From positions 11,160,001 through 11,224,000 of the forward strand of contig CP075494.1 of NCBI GenBank assembly GCA_021613535.1: 64,000 bases of DNA. The letters are read 5' to 3'. Under the pieces are notes generated by a model. It was given only the letters and a program-made list of their open reading frames with translations. It was not told the origin of the DNA and did no database searches. Source of the stretch: Adineta vaga (taxonomy: Eukaryota; Animalia; Rotifera). The position numbers and the translations under genes were made by a program. Positions 1 to 12,471 of the stretch are shown in pieces (the stretch's first letter is position 1; every line of letters begins with the position of its first letter).

Positions 1-483
1 TTTCGGCTGTAGCTTTATGTACACATATCATAATTCTTCGACGAACCATCCATTCGGAGAAAAATCGTCTATTCGGCGAAGGTTTTTCAAGGCCTTGTTT
101 TTCTTTTCGTTGGTTTCTTTCGTATATAATTCTTTAACCTTTATTTCAATAGTGAAATAGATGACATGAATCAAAGAAAATATGATTCTGGATTTTCGTT
201 TCTAATTCCAAAAACGTTTTTGGCAAATTTAGATGAATTATGATCAATTACAATTCTTTCTATTCTGAATGTATACTCATTTCGAGAGAGAAAATGTAAG
301 CGAATATCTGCTATAAGTAAGAATATTTTACTTTTTATATTACAAAAGGTTATGTAGATGTCAATGAATCAAATATTACTCAATTTCTAAATAAATGTGT
401 ATAATGAACTTTTAACTGAATTTCAAAATTATATACAGAGGACTTTTACCTATTAGATTTGATCTATTTTCAGATTAGTAATT

Positions 484-3400
484 ATGTTCCCAAGTAAATC
501 GAAAAACAAACGATTAGCAGCACGATGTAAGTTTTGATCTTGATAACGATGATTGATCTATTGAATTTCTACATAGCACCCTCACCATCATCATATACAT
601 TCACATTAGTAAGTATGGTTAAAATTATGGAACGAAGAGATTCATTTAAAAAGCGCTATTCTAGACTCATCGAAGTGGCCTTTTCGAATGTTATCAGTTT
701 CTTTCGCCGAATGAATATTCCGAAAAAACATTCGGTTTGCTTGCTTTTCTTGTTCGAAGTTCTGTTGGTGAAATCAATTTTTCACCAATCATGGATGAAG
801 TAGAAAAACGTAATCAATCAGGGTAAAAATATTGATATTCATTTGAATGTATTTTTCTAATTTACATCGTGTTTATAATTAAGATCATTAATTGATTATG
901 TCAAAGTCTTAGAAGAGAAACGAACAGGTCTACCAATCAATGAAGCATCTATTGAAAAGTGTTTAATGTTAAATCGATTGATTTCTTGTATAAAACAAGT
1001 CAGTTGTTTTCTTTTACCATTGAATTCTGTACATCAAATTTCTTTGTCATAGAATATTGCTGAAATACTTACGCTTTTCTCCGATATTCGTCTCGATATG
1101 AAACTTAAATTAGTAGATCAGCTAATCAATCAAACAATCAATTATCCAAATGTAAATTTCATTTCATTGATTAATTGATGAATTTGCATAGGAAACTCTT
1201 GTTTTCATAGGATTTTCGACGACGTGAACTCGATTTTAATCATCGAAGAAATGCTCAGGACATGCGCCGTCTATTTTATCTTAGTCATAAAGAAGCAAAA
1301 GAACCACCCAGTTTCATTCATTTACAAAATAGGTAAGTCTTCTCGTCGATAATATAATCTACATGAAAGATTGATGATTTCTGTTGATAATTTAGAGTAA
1401 CAGAACATCTAAGTTATCTAATTGATGATAAAATGCGATATGATTCCAAGTTTCGTGATACTGGTATTAAAGAATTAACAAATATAATGAGCAAGTAATC
1501 ATTCTCTTTTCGATAATAACAGTTTCGATAGCAAACTTACTTTCAGTTCCTTTATGATTGTTACACAACCACATTTTGGTATTAATCCTGTCATTATATA
1601 TGATCGAAAAGCAGGAAATACTGAATATACAGCAAAAGTATCAGTAACAATTTTTTCATTGTTACATGATTTCATGCAAACACATCCGAATACAATCGAA
1701 TTATACGATATCGGTAAAGAATTTCGATCGTAATTCTTTATCTATTTGTTTTTATTTGATTATTTATAGAAATGAGTTTATGGCCATCATCACCACTTTA
1801 TAAACTTGATGAATCTCAAACACTTTCATGGAAAACTTGTCAAATTCAAATATCATCAGATGATCGACCACGAATGATTCAATATGCTGAATTATCTTTT
1901 ATAACAATCATACCAGCAAATAAAAATAATCCTCGTATGCATTTTAGTGATGCATTACATTCATTAAAATTCGCTATTAAAGTTCATGTAAGATTCTTAT
2001 CCATAGAGAAAATGTTCACTCATTGTTTTTACTTCTTTAGATGAATTTACCGGAATATAAATTTTCTCAAATCTATCAAATTCCATTGGAATCATCGTCA
2101 TTTGCCATTACTTCTCATCATAATCATATTCCATATATGTTATCAAAAGTAATCCTTGATGATATTCGACGTTTTTCCAAGGTAAATAAATAAACTTCGG
2201 CAGTACAGATATCCTTGTATTTGTATGAATTAGATATCAACAATTGATATGAATGTGGTATTAAATTTCCTTATACGTTATTTTAAACATCGAACAGGTG
2301 TTTTACCATATGATTTTTTTAAAAATTATATTGAAAATGAATTAAAACGGGCACAAAGTAATGAAATAGTTTATTAACTCATTTTGTTAAAAGAATCTTT
2401 TGTTCTTATAGATGAAAGAAAGAATTTTCATACATTAGAAGACGTTTTTATGGTAGGAAAATAATTTGTTTTTTCACATGTCGAAAAATCTTCTTCTCTA
2501 GGATTTTCTGATTCCATTCGTTCATCAAGTTGAATTTATGGCTAGACATCCAATTCTTTCCATGTTCTATGCTGATAGGTAAAATATACATTCATGATAA
2601 TATTTTAACAAAAGTTGATAAATCATTTTTGTTCTCTTCGAATAGACTTTTTCTTGGTATTTGCAATAGCGATCGAGCTGCTGATTTCATGATTAGATCT
2701 TCTGATCCTGATTCACCTATTGTTGGATTACGTATGAATTCAATTAAAATTGATTATAAATCAATTGCTTCATCTCCAGCTGCAAATAGATCAATTAAAC
2801 CTTATTCATGTGCTGTTCGTGTTGATATCTATAATAGTTTGTTGAGATATTCATTTCATTGATGTTTTAATACGATTTATTTCTTTCGTTTAGAACGAAT
2901 GAAAAAATTACAATATCGAACATTTGATACGAATATTCTTCCGAATGATATTGTCAAATTTGTCACAACAGCTCATACGGAAAAAGCTAGTTATATACGA
3001 GTTTTATCAAATATTGATAATAGTAATAATATGGGAAATTATAGATTATTTACAGATTTCGAAGAATATTATCGTAAGTCGGAGAAAATTGGTTAGAGAT
3101 GTGTTCAGTTTTTTTTATGTATAGACGATCGATTGCATGAAATCTATAGAACCAATGAAAAATATAAACCAATTACGAATTTAATTCTAAAGTATGATGA
3201 AATAGTTGGTACCGACCGATTTCATTGATCTTTACTTTGTTTTATTAGTGTGGAGAATGGAGACGATGATGTAGATGATGATGGTAGTTCTACTATTGGT
3301 GATTATCCTCGTTCTGATACTCCAAATACAAATTTAGCTGATATATTCTCCGATAATCCATGTAAGAAACAACTCATTTGATGAATGTAATACAAATTCT

Positions 3401-3951
3401 ATCATAGATTCAGTTCCTCCATCGTGTACGCCTTCATCCAGTCAAGAATATGTATGATTTCTATAAACTATCTATCCATGAAACTTTATCTTTCATTTTC
3501 TTTCAAGTTTACAAATGTACCTACTAACCAAGATTATACAACAATACCACCCTATGTTCAATCTAATTCTCCAATAAACAATGTCTCTTCATCATCGAAT
3601 CAGCAACTAAATCAACCAATAAATAATGAAGATCTTATTCGATATACTCTATCTCGACCAGATCTTCTTACACAACTCTTACAACGTATTACTATTCAAT
3701 ATCCACAGCAAAATCCCATATATCAAAATCAGCAGGCATATGAAACAACGCCTTTACAATATCAACAATCACCATTGAATCAGCGAATGACTTCACCTAT
3801 CATTCCAAATTCGCAAAATAATAGTAATCAGAATTTTATACCATCAAACTTAACACGCACTCAATTGTGTTCAGTATCAGAAAATCTTCCAAATGAATCA
3901 TCAACAGTTCCATTGCAATTCATAACGACACAACAAGTAAATCAAAATTGA
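484..3951 (+). CDS. Highly diverged STAT-family transcription factor (multi-exon; no N-terminal oligomerisation domain evident)
   Basis: The spliced translation shows STAT landmarks in the right order: LTNIMSNSFMIVTQP (cf. STAT1 LIQSSFVVERQP), HFSDALHSLKF (cf. VTEELHSLSF), LESSSFAITSHHNHIPYMLSKVILDD (cf. [28 protein letters not shown]), linker/SH2 HPILSMFYADRLFLGICNSDRAADFM...GLRMNS (cf. [24 protein letters not shown]...LLRFSES), and FEEYY...EKYKPITNLI (cf. FGKYY...TGYIKTELI). A Q/N/P/S-rich tail follows. The start ATG at 484 follows an acceptor at 473; the 5' exon structure is less certain. Confidence 0.75.
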
Positions 3952-5720
3952 TTTTTCTATAAGACTTGTTCTTCAAAAGTCTCAGATTCTATCGATAGAT
4001 AGACGAATCAAGTTGCCTATTTCCTAAATAAAAAACAAGCCTCATTGATTTATTTATACATCATCTCTCTTCCCCACTTCGTAGCTATTCCGATATGTAA
4101 ATAAATAACTTTTTATATTCATCTGTTCTTACAAGGTTAAATATATTTATATTCATTAACACGCTTTACTATTTCCTTCGAAAATGTTTTCTATGCCTTG
4201 AAAATTAATCATCTACGGACTTTTTTTCTTTTCATATTTAGACACCATCGATGGCAATTAATGAAGATCTAATAGACTTCGATAAACTTTTTGCTTCTTC
4301 GGATTAAAATCTATTATTCATTTGAATGATTACTGTTACAACCTTTTTCCTTTTGTTATATAATATAATATAAATAAACGTCCATAGGTGTATACATAAT
4401 CTTCATTTTTCAATTCATTTAAAGCAATAAGTGTCAAAGCGATTAGTAAATGTGAACTTTCTTAATGTCGAGAAAAATATCTATTAATATCAATCTGTCT
4501 TGTTTATAAGAACGATATCTTCTTCTTTTTTTTGTAGCGTTTCCGTATTTATCCAAACGAAGAAGAAAAAGAATAATGATAACAAAACTAACAGCAATTT
4601 GCCAACGAGAAAAACAAGCAATCTATCAAATAACTCAGCTGGGAACTATTTTCTTCTACTTTTTTAAAATAGCTTATTGATGCTAGTTGATAAAGAAGAA
4701 ATGCTTTACAATATCAGTTAACTTACATATATCTTTCGATCGAAAAAGTATATTTTCACTTGACGATCAAGACTTGCTAGGGGAGAAAAAGGAGACAAAA
4801 AGAAAATGGTGACCACCACCATCACCACATGTTCAGAAAAAACACCATCATCGAAGCAAAGAGGCTATACGCACAGTCTGTTATGTTAAGAGAGAAAACG
4901 GGGATGAGACTAATTTATTTAGAACCGACACGAGGAACAAGGCGAATAAGAACGAGTCGATCACGCATTTTCTGTTCTTCCTCTTTCTTACACTAGTTCA
5001 ATCAACAAAAGAAGAAAAAAAAAGATACAGAGAAAAAAAAAGTCATCGAACATGTCTATGCGTGCATTCTCTCTAGTAGTGTGTCGAATATAAATATAGA
5101 AGCAGATGGTTATTTTTTTTCTTCTACGTTTTAGAACAACGAATATACATTATTGAACTGCACAAGACTTTTCTTTCGTCAATCACGAATATACAAATGA
5201 AAAATGAATTAGTTCTTTCTTTGAATACATGTGAAAGATTGCACACTGGCAACATTGATGAGGTATGACGATCAGCATGTTCGATGTTAACCAGCTGGCA
5301 GGCTGAGATGAAAAAAGAAGAAGCAGCAACAGAGATGGATGATCTGATTGTTGTCTCCCGCTAAGAGGATTCTTTTTCCATGTCGGTCAAGCTAGAAATG
5401 GTATATACAGATATGAACAATAATAATGTTCTATAAACAACCTCATTTCTTCTTTTGGGAATGATATGCATTTCTGCATCTATTTCTGTTCAGTTATCAT
5501 TATTTGTTCATCATTTCCTTTTCTTTTCTGGTGTTATTCTTTTCGTCCTTATCGAGAAAAAGAGAAAAAGAGAGAGAGAGAAAAAGAAAAGAAAGGAAAG
5601 GAAAACATCATTCTATTGGTGTTGTCCTTTCTCTTCTAGCCGAAAATACTTCCTACATCTATATATACATATATATCAATCAGAAGATATGCCGTTTTCT
5701 TCTTTTTCTTTGCGTATTGG

Positions 5721-5730
5721 CCAAATTTGG
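5721..5730. promoter_or_regulatory. Perfect CArG box (SRF site) CCAAATTTGG upstream of mir-1
   Basis: Exact match to CC(A/T)6GG, about 220 bp upstream of the mir-1 hairpin. CAGCTG E-boxes also occur at 4636 and 5292. Confidence 0.45.
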
Positions 5731-5945
5731 AGTCGACATTACTCTAATATCCTGATTCTTCTATTCTGATGTACAAGAATAGAGTGTGCATATCTATATA
5801 CACAGACAAAAAGGAATCATCAGTGGCATATATATATACAAGAGTATTGTACGATTCTTTATTCAGTTATTTTCCATTTTTCCAGTATCTCTCCTCGATG
5901 TCGACCGATGTTCAATAAAGTAAGTACAATTTCTTTGGAAAGTAT

Positions 5946-6017
5946 CCCACTCCGTACTTCTAAGACAGGCCATATTGAAATGAAATCTTATGGAATGTAA
6001 TAGAAGTATGCCGAGGG
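5946..6017 (+). ncRNA. mir-1: pre-microRNA mir-1 (mature 3p about 5991-6012, TGGAATGTAATAGAAGTATGCC)
   Basis: The 3' arm has the miR-1 seed GGAAUGU and the GAAGUAUG tail. The 5' arm at 5953-5974 (CGTACTTCTAAGACAGGCCATA) resembles miR-1* and pairs with it. There is a basal stem and a CNNC (CGAC, 6028-6031) about 16 nt downstream. Confidence 0.9.
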
Positions 6018-7074
6018 CTTTCACAATCGACAATCAATTTAATTCATATACAATCGGTCAATCAAGATATTCATGGCAATTGAAGAAAAAATAACCGAAA
6101 CACAAAAAAAAGAGTGAAAGAAGGGCTGTGTTCCAGATGTGTGATATCTATTCTCCTGCTGATTGACCATTCATTTGTAAAAAGAGACAAGGAAGTAGGA
6201 TAGATAGATAAGATCGAATGATTTGACGCAAACATTAAAAAAAATTTGCTGCAGAATGAAGAGTATTGAATTTTAATTAGATGCTGTAAATCATCATAAT
6301 GTTTCTCAAATACATTCAGATAATGAATATTTAATTGCAATGATCCATAGCAAGAAGAAAGGAAATGTTCAGATGCCATTTCAATTATAAGAAAAGAAAA
6401 TATCATTGAAGCTTTTGATCTGTAAAATAGATTATCTAGAGAGTCAGAGAGAAAAACATAGACGTCTCAATTGAACAACCGTTTAGAACTGAAATAAACA
6501 AGAAAAAGAAAGTTTATCTGAACAATATCAAGCAATTTGATTATGAATACGTTTGATGATAGCAATAATTCATTTGACCTTTACTGCTATATGATCAGCA
6601 GCCATTCTTTCAGTCAATTGATAGTAATCTAATGGACATAAGTACATAGGAATGCATAAGTCGGAAAAACGATCAACACACTATCTCTTCTTTATATATT
6701 CCATGAAATCGTAACGTTCTATCTGACCTATATGAGAATATACAATGATTTCTGTGTATATCTTCGATTGAATAATTAGTTGAGAAAGCATTCGAAATTT
6801 TGATCTTATTGAAGATATTTCTTTATTTTTTCTTTTGAAGAAGTAAAACGGCTACAGACAAAAAAATAATAACTTTTTAAATAGTCGAAATAAAACGAAA
6901 TCCAGCACCAAATTTCATCTCTATATATAAACTTCGATTTTTTTTCAATGAAGGAAACATATTTTCAAGAAATATACATAATGAGCAAGACAATAGATAT
7001 TATCGTTTTGAAATAAGAAGAGAAAAAAAAAATGAATAGAAATAAGAATTAAGAAAAGAAATTGATGATGAATT

Positions 7075-8665
7075 TTAAATTCTTCTGCGCATATTTTCAA
7101 CTTCATCATCAGTATCATTTGAACTATTGATATCACATTCATTTGATACACCTGATTTGATTGCTGATTTTTTTGTTATTGTTTGCTTTATTTGTCGTTT
7201 AGAAGGGATTTCAACATTATTCTAAATAAACAAATGAATAATCAGTCCAATCAAAAATAAATATGAAAACGTGCAAGAGAAGTATTCACAAAAGAACACA
7301 GATCTTATTACCTTTCATTCTATATGGCAGGAAAAAAAGAAGGTCATAGGTATGAGAAAAAATGATCAAATAAGTAAGTAGGTACTTACTTCGTTGGAAC
7401 TATTTTTATTTGCTGATCGTCCTCGACGAGCCAACACTTTTGACATTTCATATTCATCCAATGGATTATCAGATGAATCATCTGGTTTTTCTTGATAATC
7501 TGAAATTCAATGATTTGTATTTTCTATATCTCGTGATCAATGTACTCACGTGATAAAGGTTTTCGATTCGTTCCTTTTGATAAATATTTTTGATCTTCTT
7601 TCAATCGACTCGTAAATTCCATATCTATTCATAATTAGAAGAAAATCTTTTCGAATCAAAAATTGCTTTTCAAATAAACCTTCTTCACTTTCTTCATATA
7701 ATGTTGCTGGTGGAGTGGTCGACGTTTTCGTTCCATTATTACTAATATCACTTGTGCTCAATGAACGTTTAAGATGTTCGCCAAGATATGTTTGACCCTA
7801 TTGAAAGAAAAATATACACATATATATAATTGAATACATTGCCCTTTCGAGGTCATTCTTTACCAATACAGCAGTATTTAAAAATACATTTGATGCATAT
7901 CGAAAACCTTTATTTGTTAGATCAAGGATTGCTGAATAACTTTTTTGTCTTGTTTGTTCAATCAATTGATCGATTTCCTAGAAATCAACGAACGCATTCA
8001 TATTTCACACTTGATAAAATTCTCGTTTAATACAAAAGAGTAGAAGAAAATGAAAAGAACTGTCTTATGTCATCGAAAGAACGATGAAATAACTTATTTA
8101 TGTAATGATCACCTAGGTAACGATCTATGTGGTCGTTTAAACTAATTTTTAAATAACCAAATCGATCAGTTACTTAACTTATATACATTCTCAAAATTCT
8201 TACTTGTTCTCGTTCTTTAAGTAATGGTTGAATAAAACGTTTGTATAAAAATGTCGAACCAGATGGTGAAACAATCCAAAATACAATAACTATTTTAATC
8301 CAATAATAAAATGGAAACCTAAAAGTTAAAATTCAACTCATTCATTTCATTCTCTTAATAAATTTTTACCATGAAAGAACAAGATCAGTTATTGTTTCAC
8401 ATGCAAGAAATATAGAGAACACAATCCAATATCGAAGACAATCCACCTAAGAGAGAAGATACGTTTTTCATCTTTAAACATGGAAATTTTCGTGTTATAC
8501 CACTCCACGTAAATCTGAAGTAATCAATGATTTGTACGATCGATATCCAGGATAAAGTGTTCCAATTGTTACACTAGATATAAAATGAGAAAATAATGAA
8601 TGATACTATTAAATCTTTCATATAAATACAAACATAATGCAACGAGCAAGTAAACTTGATACCAT
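7075..8665 (-). CDS. REEP: REEP1-4-like ER-shaping protein (TB2/DP1/HVA22 family), multi-exon
   Basis: Spliced peptides TIGTLYPGYRSYKSL, YWIVFSIFLACETITDLVLSW and FPFYYWIKIVIVFWIVSPSGSTFLYKRFIQPLLKEREQ, followed by a long hydrophilic tail ending ...ENMRRRI*. Confidence 0.9.
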
Positions 8666-9353
8666 GATAGTATTGTTGTAAAATCTACAAAAATGAATTC
8701 ATATACTTGAAAACATGAACCATACAGATGTTGATTATATAATTGAAGACAAAGCATAAAACAAAAGTATCATCAGATGTAAATCTTAATGATATCTTTA
8801 CTGTATTATATACCGTCTATTATTTGATATAGAAACTAGAGATGACAACCTAAATTAATTTTTCTTTCCTGTCCCTTCTGTCTGTTCTACGATAGTCAGT
8901 CAGCTGTCTTTGTATGCGTTGTTATTTCTTTTACATTTTAACTAACCAATAGGAACAAAAGAATGGATTGAACACCGGTTGATAGCGACATTTTCATATG
9001 AATTCAAAGGACACGAACCAACAAGACGAGAGAGAGAGACATTCTTTTTTCTTTTATTAAATTTTCATCATATATATATTTATACATAAATGTTCTTTTC
9101 GCATTGTTGAGCATCATTGACAAAGTTATCGAACGACTAGGTGTCAAGAGGAGAAGAGAGAGAGAGAGAGAGAAAGAAAGAGAAGGAGAAAAACTTTACA
9201 ATTCAAGCTAGAATAGGTGAAAATGAAATGTTTCTTTTTTTTTCTTCGATCTAAAACTACAACACACGCACACACAAAAGATAAGCGCCAGACCAGCTGG
9301 TATCTTCACAAAAAAATGCATGAAATCATATCACTCGGTGAAGTGCTTTTATT

Positions 9354-11879
9354 TCAGGATGTTCGCTTGAAGATATTTGGTAATTCTAAAAGGAATAGGA
9401 TAGAGTTGAAAAGTAAACAGAAGATCTTTACCTCGAAAATATGAGCGTTGAAAATAATTCTCTGGTAAATAATGAAAGGAAATCCATATAAAGGCAAAGA
9501 TAAGAATAATAACGGCATGTACACTAGAAAAAAAAATCCAAGAAGAACATAGATTTAATAATTAATAATAGAAATGTGTTATTACCGTGATTGAACGAGA
9601 TTTTTAATCGTAGATAATAGAAGAAGGATAATAGCAAAGACTGTCAGTAGAATATTGACAAATTTACTAATCAATCGATGTGTATTTTCTTCTGTTTCAA
9701 GTGAATGTGCTTGAGTTTGTTCTACTTTTGTCGTCTAAATGAATTTCATAAATAAATCCATAATAAAAGAAGAAAGAACTCACTCTTGTATCAAGTTTAT
9801 CTAATTTCTCAACCATTTCTGTCCAATATTCATTGAAATTATATAGGAGTTTTTCTTCCAATTTTTTCAAATCATTCTTTATTGCTGGCATTTCATATTG
9901 ATGTAAAGTAGTTAGATCTGTTATTTCACTATTTAATCGTTCATTCTGTTCTTGTTGCAATTCTTGAAGTTTAACTAATGAATCGGTTTGTTTTTGCATT
10001 TCAGTCATTCGAGTTTCATAGCGATCAATAGATTTTTGCATCAAATCAATTTTTAACATTAATTGTTGATATTCACCTGTTGACTGAAATGTATACACAA
10101 TCAATAGAAGAAATTGAATAGAGAAAGATTCAGAATCTACCATAGTATTTCGTTTGGATGTATTTTGACTGACGAATCGTTCATCACTGGAATGATCGGA
10201 TATACGATCGTTAGATTCAGTATTTGAATTGTCACTAGATGAAAAAGATTGAAGATTGAAGAGCAAATAGTGCAAGAATACTTACGTGAAACGTCGTTTT
10301 GTGGAAGGTGATTTGTCTAGATCATGTATGGCACCTAGATCAGCTAGAATAGAATCAAATAGAGATGATTTTTCTCGTATTTTCACTAATATACTTACAG
10401 TTTAAATCGATATAAAATTGCGAATTTCCAATTTCATTGGATATTGAACTTGATGGAGACGATCGAAAGTGTTCAAGTGTATTACTATTCTGACTTAATG
10501 ATAATAAATGCTGATTTTGATTATTACTATTTCCCAATGGTGTAATCGAATTCATTGGTGTTGATGGAAGAGGTGATTGATTTAGATGATTATCGTTATC
10601 CAGATGTTGTGATGAATTTGAACGTTCATTAATAATTGGTGTTGAAATATCATTTATTGAAGGATGGTCTAAATTGTCATTAGGAATTCTCCTATGAAGA
10701 GTATTGAGAATATCTTTCGATACATAACGTTTAGGAATATCACCAGCTCGAATACGACCAATATCAGTTTGATAATCGGTAATCTTTTTTTCTAATTCTT
10801 TCTTTGTATCTTGTATTTTACTAACACGTTTATCAAAGGAATCTTTCGATGTTTTCGATTCATTTGAGCCACCAGGAATTGTTGTAATACGAAGAAATTC
10901 AGCTACCATCTGTTCAACACTTTGTTGAGCAATATGATGAAGACGTTGAGCTTTTTCTAGTTTCGCTTCAGCTTTTGCTAAAGCTATTTGTTTTCGACGT
11001 TCAAATGGATCAATATCTGATGTAGACAGATTCTTTTTATAAGAAAAATTCGTTGCTGGTACATCATTATCTGAACTAGCATTGTTCAACTAAAGAGAAA
11101 TAATTGTCAAAGAAAAATTGATTGAAGAATAGTTGTGTTATTATTTACACTGTCGGATAAGCCAAGTTTTTGTTGAGCAACAAAATTGGGTGTCAAAAGT
11201 TGATTACTAGTCATATGTGATTGATCAAAGTTTGAAGTTGATTTAACAGTATTAGTTGAAGAATTTGTTTGTTTAGGTTTTGAATCAATTATTGTCGGAG
11301 ATTGAATGGTCGTGATTATTTGTGGTTCTGGACTAGGACTAATTCGTTTACGTTGTGATCGTCTAAATGAAATCATCGGAGATGAATAAAAGCAATTAAC
11401 TGATTGTCTGTGTACCTGACGATGAATTTTTTATATGAAAACTGTTCGAAAGAATTCATTTTGTACTGTATGCAAAAAAAACTGTTTTGCTTTTAAATGT
11501 CTTTACTGATTGTTCCTTTTACGTAGTAAAACGAGAATGAAAAAAAAAACTTCTCTATAGCTTTCAAGTGACTAAGACGCTCGATTGAAAATGAAAAATA
11601 TCATGACGTTAATATAGTCACCGATGAAACATAATGACGAAGAAAGGCAAAAAATGTCTATGAATCAGATGAAAAAAATGGCGACAATCACCAAAAAAAA
11701 CAATACTTGGAAAACGTCAATAGACACTCCCTAGAATTTCTTTTTTCGCAAAGACTTTCAAGTGCAGTAATCTAAATAAAAATTCTCGGGATGTAAAAAT
11801 CTTACCGAAGTCTTGAATCTGTCGACAAAGGATTGTTGATAATATGAATTGGTCGATTTGTATGTTCGATATCGTTCAT
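9354..11879 (-). CDS. TMCC: TMCC/Tex28-family transmembrane and coiled-coil protein, multi-exon, with two candidate first exons
   Basis: Coiled coils; LTTLHQYEMPAIKNDLKKLEEKLLY matches the TMCC motif LTELHQNE..LKQEL..MEEK; two C-terminal TM segments (KFVNILLTVFAIILLLLS; VHAVIILIFAFIWISF); stop at 9354. Confidence 0.8.
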
Positions 11880-12471
11880 AGTTTCAGAAAGACAAGAAAC
11901 ATCTGAAAAAAAATAATAATAAAAAGAAAAGATAATTCGTTGAGTCATGTCCAAGATGAAAAGAATGCAACTGTAAAATAAAATTTTAATAACAATATAG
12001 TTTTACTTCTTCTCTATGTCAAACAAAACACATTATTATATTCTCTTGTCAATTTTTACAATAGTAATGTCTTTTTTTTCTCTGTTCGAATTAGTAACAA
12101 TAAAGAACACAGAAGCATAGTCTACTGCTTTTTTTCATTCTTACTTTAGCAGAAAAGGAAACACTTTATTTGATCACTAATTTCAGTTTAAAACTATATT
12201 GCTGTATTAGTAGATCTGTTCTATGTAAACAAGATAAAAGTCACGAACATAAACGCAGAAATCCTGACTGGATGAAAGAAAGAGAGAAAGAAGAAAATGG
12301 TTTCTTTGCGTCATTTCCTTTCGTATATTTCCAGATGTAATCAACATAATTGTTTACGTTAGATAGTTCGACCGTACATAAGATAAAAAAAAAGAAGAAA
12401 AATTTGTTTGTAACGAGAGATCTAAAAAATAGAAATAAACCAATTCCCAAAAGTAAAGCAAAATACACGAT

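Noticed and set aside
1-470. Possible coding exons at the left edge
   Set aside because: Short frames interrupted by stops; no consistent splice path or recognisable product. More likely promoter/5' UTR of the STAT-like gene.
5455-5769. ORFs 5455-5769, 5504-5755 and 6071-6406
   Set aside because: Low-complexity translations of AG/AT microsatellite-rich non-coding DNA around mir-1; no recognisable domains.
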